Positions 46,616 through 53,832 of a stretch of DNA of 64,000 bases are shown here, in pieces. The notes under the pieces are model-generated. The model had not been told where the DNA came from, did no database searches, and saw only the letters and a program-made list of their open reading frames with translations. Both the position numbers and the translations under genes were made by a program. Numbering within the stretch: position 1 is the first letter of the stretch; each line of letters starts with the position of its first letter. Source of the DNA: a virus (taxonomy: Duplodnaviria; Caudoviricetes); the IMG/VR virus record IMGVR_UViG_3300049563_000052, positions 33,020 to 97,019 of that record; one strand, 5' to 3'.

Positions 46616-47192
46616 GCCCGCGCAGCGCCCCACGCTCAACCCGCTGCGGGAGCCCGCGCTGCTGGTGGCGACGCTGTTGGCGCCTGCGGTGCAGACCGGG
46701 CTGCTCATCTGGGGTGGGTTCTCCGCGGAGGGGCAGTCGGTGGTCAACGCCGTCGCGGCGGCGCTGGCCGGGGTGGTCGTGGCGGCGCTGTCGGCGTCGG
46801 ACCGGTTGGCCCCGGCGATCGTCGGGTTGGCCACGGCGGTGCTGGCGTTGGCGGCGTGGTTCGGGTGGGGCCTGGACGCAGAACAGCAGACGGCGATCGT
46901 GTCGCTCGTGAGCCTCGGGACGGGGTTGTTTCTGCGCACGCAGATCACGGCCCCGGTCGATGCGGCGGGCAACAGGGTCACCGGCAACCGAACGGAGCGG
47001 AACGTGGACACCAGAGAATGGCCGTACGACTTCTACGAAGAGGGCGAACCGGATCCCGACCACCCGGACGCCGACCCGGACGCCGACTACGAGCCGGAGT
47101 CAGACACCGCCGGGTTGCCGGTGGTCGATGAGGCCCCGCCGCCGATGGCGAGCACGTTGGAGTTCATCGAGGGCCGGAGGATGGCCGGGTGA
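46599..47192 (+). CDS. Holin-like membrane protein with acidic tail
   Basis: REPAL motif, several TM helices, directly after the lysin. Confidence 0.75.
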   Translation: MTAPSEPAQRPTLNPLREPALLVATLLAPAVQTGLLIWGGFSAEGQSVVNAVAAALAGVVVAALSASDRLAPAIVGLATAVLALAAWFGWGLDAEQQTAIVSLVSLGTGLFLRTQITAPVDAAGNRVTGNRTERNVDTREWPYDFYEEGEPDPDHPDADPDADYEPESDTAGLPVVDEAPPPMASTLEFIEGRRMAG

Positions 47193-48073
47193 CCAGCCCA
47201 CGCCGCGCCGGGCTGGGCCGGGTGTTCGACGGCCACGACGAGCGCAACCTGCGGGAGGAGAACTTGGCCCGGCCACTGCTGGCGCGCCGCGAACTGCGCG
47301 ACATCGACCGGTATTGGCCGATGCCGTCCTACCTGACACGGCCGTTGGACCAGGGCAACACCCCGGAGTGCACCGGGTTCGGGTCCGCGCACGAGCTCGC
47401 GTTGGGCCCGATCCAGGTCGCAGGCATCACCGCCGACTACGCGCACGACCGGTACCTGCGGAACGTGGCCACCGACAACGCGGCGGGCCGGTTCTTCTCC
47501 GGCGGCGGCGCCACCGTGGCCGCGACCATGCGCGCCGCCAAAGCCGACCGGCTCATCACCGGCTACGTGTGGAACCGCGGCCTGACCGACACCGTGGACG
47601 CGCTGACCAACATCGGCCCGGTGTGCCTGGGCACCACCTGGCGGGACGGCATGTTCGACCCGTCCCCGGAGGGGCTGCTGCGGTGCGTCGGCGACGACGC
47701 GGGCGGCCACTTCTACGTGCTGGCCGCGCGGGTGCGGAACCATCCGCAGTTCGGGCGCGGCTGCTGGATGGTGCAGTCCTGGGGTAAATGGGGGGTCGGG
47801 GTGCCGCAGCTGGGCCTGTCCACCGGGTGCGCGTTCATCCGCGACGGCGACCTCGAGAATCTGCTCAAGCAGACCGGCGAGTCGGTGATCATGCGGGACT
47901 TCTTTCTGGTGCCGCCCACCCCACCCGCGGCGCCGTACTTCGCGGCGAACCGCTCCCGGGTGTTCCACGGCTTCCATCCGCGGATCCGCCGGGACCGGGA
48001 GTTCGCCACCTACGCGGAGGCGCTGGGCGCGGGGCTGCGTCCTTGCGCGAGTTGCCGACCCGGATCCGACTAG
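47189..48073 (+). CDS. Papain-like (C1) cysteine peptidase with C-terminal Ada-like Zn domain
   Basis: LDQG..ECTGF, GGHFY, QSWG; C-terminal VFH...FATYAEALGAGLRPCASCRP. Confidence 0.8.
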   Translation: MTSPRRAGLGRVFDGHDERNLREENLARPLLARRELRDIDRYWPMPSYLTRPLDQGNTPECTGFGSAHELALGPIQVAGITADYAHDRYLRNVATDNAAGRFFSGGGATVAATMRAAKADRLITGYVWNRGLTDTVDALTNIGPVCLGTTWRDGMFDPSPEGLLRCVGDDAGGHFYVLAARVRNHPQFGRGCWMVQSWGKWGVGVPQLGLSTGCAFIRDGDLENLLKQTGESVIMRDFFLVPPTPPAAPYFAANRSRVFHGFHPRIRRDREFATYAEALGAGLRPCASCRPGSD

Positions 48074-48217
48074 TGCGGTACCGTCCGCGACGGGCCGCTT
48101 ACCTCCCCCTTTGTGGCCCTGGCAAGTGACCGGCCCGACGACGCGGCAAATCGCCCACCCCCCGGCGCGCCGCCCGGCGGGCCGGTCGTCTCGGTAGGTC
48201 CCGCCCCGCCCCCCGGG

Positions 48218-48236
48218 TGTCAAGACGGCGTTGACG
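48218..48236. promoter_or_regulatory. TGTCAA-N7-TTGACG inverted repeat (copy 2)
   Basis: TGTCAAGACGGCGTTGACG, inverted near-copy of 3922-3940. Confidence 0.5.
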
Positions 48237-48272
48237 CCCCGGCGCCGTCCGGGCCGCGGCCGGGGTGACGGG

Positions 48273-48533
48273 CTAGTGCAGCGCCCACCAGCCCAGCCAG
48301 AGCGCGCCAGCGAGCAACAGCAACGCGGCCACGGCGGTCAGGTTGTAGCGGGCCCGGGTGCGCCGGGACCGGCCCCACGGTCCCCGGGTCGCTTGGGTGT
48401 AGGTGTGGGCGGCGCGGGCCCGGTAGCCGGGCGGCAGCGGGGGCAGCGGCCGCAACCACTGCCGCTCCCGCACCCCCCGCCGCCAGCGATGCCACCAGCG
48501 ATGCGGCGGGGGCCTGCGGTGCCGTCCCGCCAT
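48273..48533 (-). CDS. Basic protein with C-terminal TM
   Basis: GRHRR N-terminus, hydrophobic C-terminus. Confidence 0.55.
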   Translation of the reverse strand: MAGRHRRPPPHRWWHRWRRGVRERQWLRPLPPLPPGYRARAAHTYTQATRGPWGRSRRTRARYNLTAVAALLLLAGALWLGWWALH

Positions 48534-48537
48534 CCGC

Positions 48538-48774
48538 TCAGCCGGGGCGCACGTCAGGTAACGGGCTGCCGTAGGCCACCCAACCCTCGATCTGCCACAC
48601 GTCCTCGATCGGCGTGGTCGGCGGCTCCCGCCACGGCGACGCGTCGTGCGGCCGGTACACCTCGCACTCCCGGTTCCCGCAGTGCCCGCAGTCGGTGCCG
48701 GGCCGGTAGTGCACGTGCGTCACGGCGTCGCAGCCGCACCGGCAGGGCGGGGCGTCCGGATCGCACGGGCGCAT
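48538..48774 (-). CDS. Cys/His-rich small protein
   Basis: CRCGC...H.HYRPGTDCGHCG. Confidence 0.65.
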   Translation of the reverse strand: MRPCDPDAPPCRCGCDAVTHVHYRPGTDCGHCGNRECEVYRPHDASPWREPPTTPIEDVWQIEGWVAYGSPLPDVRPG

Positions 48775-48791
48775 CGCTCACCCCCCGCTGC

Positions 48792-49025
48792 TCACTCGGA
48801 CACGGCCGGGTAGCCACGCCACTCCGGCGGTGCAGCGTCACCGTAGACGGCGATCGCGGCGCCGATTGCCTCCCGCCGGTCCGTGTCGGACAGCGGCAGC
48901 CCGACGGTCGCCCAGATGTCGTCGCGCACCTTCTTGGGTAGCTGGTACCAGTGCGGACGGCAGGCGAACATGCGGTCCGGGACCTGCCGCCCGCACCCGC
49001 CGGGGCAGCGGTGGGTGGCGCTCAT
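48792..49025 (-). CDS. Small Zn-binding phage protein
   Basis: HRCPGGCGRQV...ACRPHWYQLP. Confidence 0.7.
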   Translation of the reverse strand: MSATHRCPGGCGRQVPDRMFACRPHWYQLPKKVRDDIWATVGLPLSDTDRREAIGAAIAVYGDAAPPEWRGYPAVSE

Positions 49026-49693
49026 TCCGCGATCTCCGACTCGAACCCGGCCGCCGGGTCGGACGCGACCGGGTTGGCGAGGATGTCGTCCACGCCTGCC
49101 CGTACCGGGTCCACCTCCGGCGGTGGCCACGGCGCGGCCCGCAGCGCGCGCCCGGCCCGCAGGTTGAACCGTTCGGCGAGCGCGATGTTCACCCCGAGCC
49201 GCAGCGTCTCCAGCATGGGCGCGTCCAGTGGGGACTGCTGCGACAGCCCGGCGATGACCTGGTCGGCGCGGTCCCGGATGGCGGCGTCGGACGGGTCGGC
49301 GGCGGCCAACCCGAGCAGCCCGCGCAGCGTCTCTTCGGTGTGCTGCCGCGCCACCTCCGCGGCCTCGTCGGTGTCCCACCCGGCCACCGAGATGAACAGG
49401 TGCCCGTCCACGGTCAGCGTGACGTAGCCGCGGTTCTCCTTGTTGAACCGCACCCCGACCTCCAGCACGGTCGGCAGCTCGGGGTCTTCGTCGGCGCCGA
49501 TCGCCGAGGCGGTGATCGCGTTGTCTTCGAGTTCGGCGAGCGCGGCGGCGTACCCCACCCGGTAGGCGTCGATGGCCAGCGGCAGCAGCGCGGAGCGTTC
49601 GACGATCAGCGGCAGCAGCGCGTCCATCTCGTCGCCGCGGACGTCGGGGACGTGCCGCCGCCACGCGGCCAAGGTGGTGTCCCGGTCGGTCAC
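49022..49693 (-). CDS. Hypothetical protein
   Basis: Coupled ORF, protein-like composition. Confidence 0.65.
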   Translation of the reverse strand: MTDRDTTLAAWRRHVPDVRGDEMDALLPLIVERSALLPLAIDAYRVGYAAALAELEDNAITASAIGADEDPELPTVLEVGVRFNKENRGYVTLTVDGHLFISVAGWDTDEAAEVARQHTEETLRGLLGLAAADPSDAAIRDRADQVIAGLSQQSPLDAPMLETLRLGVNIALAERFNLRAGRALRAAPWPPPEVDPVRAGVDDILANPVASDPAAGFESEIAE

Positions 49694-50100
49694 GATCCCG
49701 CCTCCGCATCGGCGTCGGCGGCCTGCCGGATCTCGTCGGCGAGCGCGACCCGGCGCTGCACCCGGGCGGTGGCCGGCCGCAGCCGGTCGATCAGCTCGTC
49801 GTTGGCGTGGCTGATCTGGTAGCCGGAGCGGTGCAGGGTCAGCAGGCACTCGTCGAGCAGCAGATCGACGCGCACGAACGCGGAGGCCAGGTCTGGGTCA
49901 TCCATGGGGGACATCGTGCAGGGCGGCGGCGGGCCGTCTTCGGGTTCGCGAGTGAGGTCACCGGCCGGATCGGTGGCCAGCGCCTCCAGCCCGGCCGGTG
50001 TGACTATCCAACCCGCCCGGGTGGGCCAGCCCGCTACGGCCAGTTGCAGCACGGGCAGCGGGGCAGGGGAACGGTCGTTCGTCGTGGTGGTGTCGTCCAT
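49690..50100 (-). CDS. Hypothetical protein (probably leaderless)
   Basis: TACGGT -10 (50108-50113) lies 7 nt before ATG 50100. Confidence 0.65.
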   Translation of the reverse strand: MDDTTTTNDRSPAPLPVLQLAVAGWPTRAGWIVTPAGLEALATDPAGDLTREPEDGPPPPCTMSPMDDPDLASAFVRVDLLLDECLLTLHRSGYQISHANDELIDRLRPATARVQRRVALADEIRQAADADAEAGS

Positions 50101-50107
50101 GGATGTC

Positions 50108-50149
50108 ACCGTATCGCCGCGCGCCGGGCGCGCATGGCGGGGGTACGGT
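50108..50149. promoter_or_regulatory. Divergent promoters (both TACGGT -10) flanking an operator palindrome
   Basis: GCGCGCC-G-GGCGCGCA at 50119-50134; -10 boxes at 50108-50113 (minus) and 50144-50149 (plus). Confidence 0.65.
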
Positions 50150-50270
50150 ACTCGTGCACGAATGCGAACGCAGAGGGTGGGACGGGCCCCGGGGGCCCGT
50201 CCCGACCCGGCCCCACCACGAAGTGAAGACCACCCACAACGGCGAAACACCTTCGGAAAGGAGTCCCTGA

Positions 50271-50423
50271 ATGGGCGACGCCACGGTACCGCACGCACGC
50301 ACGCCTGCACGTGCGTGTCCCTCTGTCGGAGCTGTGCGCGTGGTGTGTCTCCCCCGGTTTGTCGGTGTGTCGCGGGATCGTTCGCAGCGCGGATCGCAAC
50401 CCACCACGAGGGAGGACCCATGA
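50271..50423 (+). CDS. 50-aa leader ORF coupled to the exonuclease gene (not in the ORF track)
   Basis: GAAAGGAG RBS; stop overlaps the ATGA start at 50420; atypical codon usage. Confidence 0.55.
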   Translation: MGDATVPHARTPARACPSVGAVRVVCLPRFVGVSRDRSQRGSQPTTREDP

Positions 50424-51604
50424 TCACAACGATGGACATCGGCCCGGACTACTGGGCCGCGCCGACCGGCTGGGACTACCCGGACGGCTGGCCACGCGAG
50501 CACCCCGGCGTGTCCCCCGACGACGCCCTGGAGGTGTTGCCTCCCGGGCTCGACGACGCCGACCCCGAGCTGTGGCGGGCCTGGCGGCTGACCGGCATCG
50601 GCTCGTCGGACATCTCCGCGCTGCTCGGGCTGCACCGCCGCAAGGCCGCCATGGAAACCTGGGAGATCAAGACCGGCCGGGTGTCGGACGACCTGACCGC
50701 CTGGGACGACGACGACGCGTACACGACGTGGCAGGGCGCCGAATACGGGGTTGCGTTCGAGCCGGTGGTGCGGGACCTGTACGCGGCCAAGCACGGGCTG
50801 ACCATCGTCAAGCCGGGCACGTTCCGGTCGGTGCGGTGGCCGTGGCTGGTGGTGAACCCGGACGGGCTGATCCAGCGCCCGGCCGGGCGCTGGCCCGCCT
50901 CCGACGGCGAGGGCCCGATCGAGGGCTACGAAGGCAAGACCTGCTCGATGTGGCTGGCCGAGCAGTGGGCGGGCGGGCAGATGCCCGACCATGCCGAGCT
51001 CCAATGCCAAACCATGATGGCGGTGCTCGGCCTGGACGGCATGCACGTGCGCTGCTGCATCGGCGGGCAGTGGTCCGCCGACCGGTACGTGGCCCGCGAT
51101 GACGGGCTGATCGAAGACATCGTCGAGCTGACCCGCGAGTTCTGGTATGACCACGTGCTCACCGACACGCCGCCGCCGCCGGACGGCGGGCTGGCCTGTG
51201 AGGAATTCCTGACCCGGCGGCACCTGCACGCCGCGCACGGCCCGACCGCGGTGGCCGACCCGGACGCCGCCGCTTTCATCCTGTCCGCCTGGGCGCAGGA
51301 GCGTGCGGCCAAGACCTACGTCGACGGCGGCCGGGAGGGCAAGAACGTCGCCCGCGACCAGCTCGGCGACTTCACCGAACTGATCGACGACCAGGGCCGC
51401 ACCATCGCGACCTGGCGGCAGAACGGCCCGCTGCGGACCGCCGAGCTGCTCGCCGAGCACCCGGACGAGACCGCCCCGTTCCTGCGCAAGGTCGAGGTGC
51501 TCGACGCCGACGCGTTCGCCGAGGCGCACCCCGACCTGTACACCGCGTACCGCGCCCGGCGGCTACTGATCAAGACCCTGAAGACCACGAAGGAGAACCA
51601 CTGA
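50420..51604 (+). CDS. YqaJ/RecE-like (lambda exonuclease family) recombination exonuclease
   Basis: RLTGIGSSDISALLG, NPDG, YEGKT, LQCQTMM. Confidence 0.92.
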   Translation: MITTMDIGPDYWAAPTGWDYPDGWPREHPGVSPDDALEVLPPGLDDADPELWRAWRLTGIGSSDISALLGLHRRKAAMETWEIKTGRVSDDLTAWDDDDAYTTWQGAEYGVAFEPVVRDLYAAKHGLTIVKPGTFRSVRWPWLVVNPDGLIQRPAGRWPASDGEGPIEGYEGKTCSMWLAEQWAGGQMPDHAELQCQTMMAVLGLDGMHVRCCIGGQWSADRYVARDDGLIEDIVELTREFWYDHVLTDTPPPPDGGLACEEFLTRRHLHAAHGPTAVADPDAAAFILSAWAQERAAKTYVDGGREGKNVARDQLGDFTELIDDQGRTIATWRQNGPLRTAELLAEHPDETAPFLRKVEVLDADAFAEAHPDLYTAYRARRLLIKTLKTTKENH

Positions 51605-53046
51605 TGGCTAGGGACCTGGCCGATCGGGTGCACAGCGCCCGTCGCGGCCGCGGAGACGATCCGGCGGCGGGCAACGGACGCGAGGTCGCCCGCCAGCCCG
51701 ACGACAAGGCGTTGATCGAGGCCGTGCGGAAGATGCAGACCGAGTTCGCCAAGGCGATGGGCCCGATCCGCGGGGAGGCCGCCGAGCAGCTGGTCCGCGA
51801 CGCCACCACCGAGATCCGCCGCAACCCCAAGCTGGCGCTGTGCAACCGGGCGTCGGTGCTCGGCGGGCTCATGACGATGGCGCAGCTCGGGCTGCGGATC
51901 GGGGTGCTCGGGCACGGCTGGCTGATCCCGATGTGGAACGACAAGCGGCGCGAGCAGATGGCCACGCTGATCATCGGGTACAAGGGCTACACCAAGCTGG
52001 CCTACAACGCCGCCGCGCTGCGCGACATCCGCTCCCGCACGATCTACGCCGCCGATGAGTACGCCATCGAATACGGCACCGAAGAGCGGCTGCTGCACCG
52101 CCCGGCGATGACCGCGGACCGGGGCGAGCCGATCGGCTACTACTGCGTGGTCAACCTGAACGCGCGGCAGCCCGGCCAGCCCGGCGGGCAGATCTTCCAC
52201 TTCCGCAGCCAGCCGGAGATGGAGCTGCACCGGGACCGCTACGCCATGTCCCGCGAGTTCGACTGGTCGTCCGGCAAGCCCAAGCCGAAGTACCACGACG
52301 ACGGGCGGCCGATCATCACCGGGCCGTGGCGGGACAACTTCGAGGAGATGGCCTGGAAGACCGAGTGGCTGACGATCGCGCGGTTCGTGCCGATGTCGGC
52401 GGATCTGGAGCTGGCCACGTTCGCCGACGGCACCGCCCGGCTCGACGTGTCCCCGAACAACCGGGACGCCGCGGCTACCGGTGACCGGCTGGGGGACACG
52501 GTGCTGGACGGGGACATCGTCGAGTCCGAGGCCGCCGCCGCGGAGCCGGAGCCGGAGCGGGAGACGATCGACGTGCGCAAGTCGGAGCCGCCCGCCGACG
52601 AGCGCCCGCCCGCCGCCGACCCGGAGCCCGACGAGCAGCCGCCGATGCCGCCCGCCGACGAGCCCGCCGCGGGCAACCGGCAGGCGATGATCCGGGCCCT
52701 GTTCGCGACGATGAAGCCGTGCGGGATCTCCGATGTCGAGGCCGTGATCGTGCTGGTGTGCGCGCTGAACGGGTGGGACTTCGACGACGCGGACCACGCG
52801 CTCCCGGGGTCGCTCGACGACATCTCCGCCGAGCAGCTGACGCACGCCATGCGGCTGCTCAACCAGTGGCGCGCCGACGGCGACGAGGCGCAGATGTGCA
52901 GCCTGCTGCTGGAGCACCGGCCGGACCCGGACCACCCGGTGTGGGACCGGGTCACCGCGGCCCGCCGCGAGCACGAGAAGACCAAGGCCCCGAGCGCACG
53001 CCGGAGCCGCAAGAGCACCACCGAGAAGGAGGGCACCGATGGCTGA
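51604..53046 (+). CDS. recT: RecT-like ssDNA annealing protein
   Basis: NPKLALC, AQLGL, LIIGYKGY, GPWRDNFEEMAWKT. Confidence 0.93.
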   Translation: MARDLADRVHSARRGRGDDPAAGNGREVARQPDDKALIEAVRKMQTEFAKAMGPIRGEAAEQLVRDATTEIRRNPKLALCNRASVLGGLMTMAQLGLRIGVLGHGWLIPMWNDKRREQMATLIIGYKGYTKLAYNAAALRDIRSRTIYAADEYAIEYGTEERLLHRPAMTADRGEPIGYYCVVNLNARQPGQPGGQIFHFRSQPEMELHRDRYAMSREFDWSSGKPKPKYHDDGRPIITGPWRDNFEEMAWKTEWLTIARFVPMSADLELATFADGTARLDVSPNNRDAAATGDRLGDTVLDGDIVESEAAAAEPEPERETIDVRKSEPPADERPPAADPEPDEQPPMPPADEPAAGNRQAMIRALFATMKPCGISDVEAVIVLVCALNGWDFDDADHALPGSLDDISAEQLTHAMRLLNQWRADGDEAQMCSLLLEHRPDPDHPVWDRVTAARREHEKTKAPSARRSRKSTTEKEGTDG

Positions 53047-53485
53047 CATCGAGGAGATCCGCGAGCGGGACTGGGAGCGGCTGACCCCGGAGGGCAAGGC
53101 GCTGGCTGTGATGCTGGTCGGGCTGCGCAGCGGCAAGACGCTGCGGGAGGCCGCGGAGAAGCTGGGCGTCGTCGTCGATCACGTGGTCGACATGAGCTAC
53201 ACCGACGACAACGGCAACGTGAAGGGCCCGAAGGGCACCGTGACGCTGACCCTCGAAGTCTGCCCGGACCCCGACGGCGGGTCCGGGACGGTGCTGGTGA
53301 ACGAGAAGGTGGCGCACCGCTACCCGGAGGACCGCGGCCACGTGCTGTACACGGGCAAGAACGGCACCCTGCACACCCGGCAGGAGACGGCCGGGATGCT
53401 GTTCGCGGTCGAGGACGGCGAGATCCGCACCCTCGGCGATGGCGACGGCGACGATCCGCAACGGCGGGCCGCGCAGGCAGATTGA
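53039..53485 (+). CDS. Conserved phage hypothetical protein
   Basis: KGTVTLTLEV...LYTGKNGTLHTRQ motif. Confidence 0.75.
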   Translation: MADIEEIRERDWERLTPEGKALAVMLVGLRSGKTLREAAEKLGVVVDHVVDMSYTDDNGNVKGPKGTVTLTLEVCPDPDGGSGTVLVNEKVAHRYPEDRGHVLYTGKNGTLHTRQETAGMLFAVEDGEIRTLGDGDGDDPQRRAAQAD

Positions 53486-53497
53486 GGAGGCCGTCCC

Positions 53498-53602
53498 CCG
53501 ATGGGCTGTACCGCTCACGGCATCGGCGCGCCCGACCGCGTAGTGGAGGTTCCCAACACCACACGTTCGGGTCCAGGATGCCTACTCGTAACGGGTGGGC
53601 AT
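53498..53602 (+). ncRNA. Putative C4/CI-like structured RNA (three hairpins)
   Basis: Stems at about 53498-53526, 53531-53571 and 53578-53602; loop GGTTCCCAAC is complementary to 53729-53738. Confidence 0.4.
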
Positions 53603-53702
53603 ACCTCACACACGCACCACAAGCATCATCAGCCTCACGTGTACCAGCCGGGGAGTAGCCGAGGGGGACTCCACGGGCGTACTGGCTGAGTTATTGCTTG
53701 GT

Positions 53703-53773
53703 AAACCATAAACGACGGCCACCCCTGGGTTGGGAGCCGGGGTGGCCGTCGGAGAGGACGATCTCCATGTCCT
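53703..53773 (-). ncRNA. Putative ~70-nt cis-antisense RNA to the rep leader
   Basis: Extended -10 TGCTAACCT at 53780-53788 (minus); 12-bp hairpin 53714-53750 followed by GTTTATGGTTT on the minus strand. Confidence 0.55.
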
Positions 53774-53832
53774 GGCGACAGGTTAGCAGCAATGCACGTG
53801 CATCCGTCCACGACGCCACGCGGGTCCGGTGA
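53767..53832 (+). CDS. 21-aa leader peptide coupled to rep (not in the ORF track)
   Basis: GGAGAGG RBS at 53751-53757; MSWRQVSSNARASVHDATRVR*; TGATG overlap with the rep start. Confidence 0.6.
   Translation: MSWRQVSSNARASVHDATRVR

Noticed and set aside
53498-53690. tRNA gene, or the 62-aa ORF 53501-53689
   Set aside because: No TTCGA T-loop, D-loop or acceptor stem. The ORF has a GAGGAGG upstream but atypical composition and overlaps strong RNA stems, so it is not called, although translation cannot be excluded
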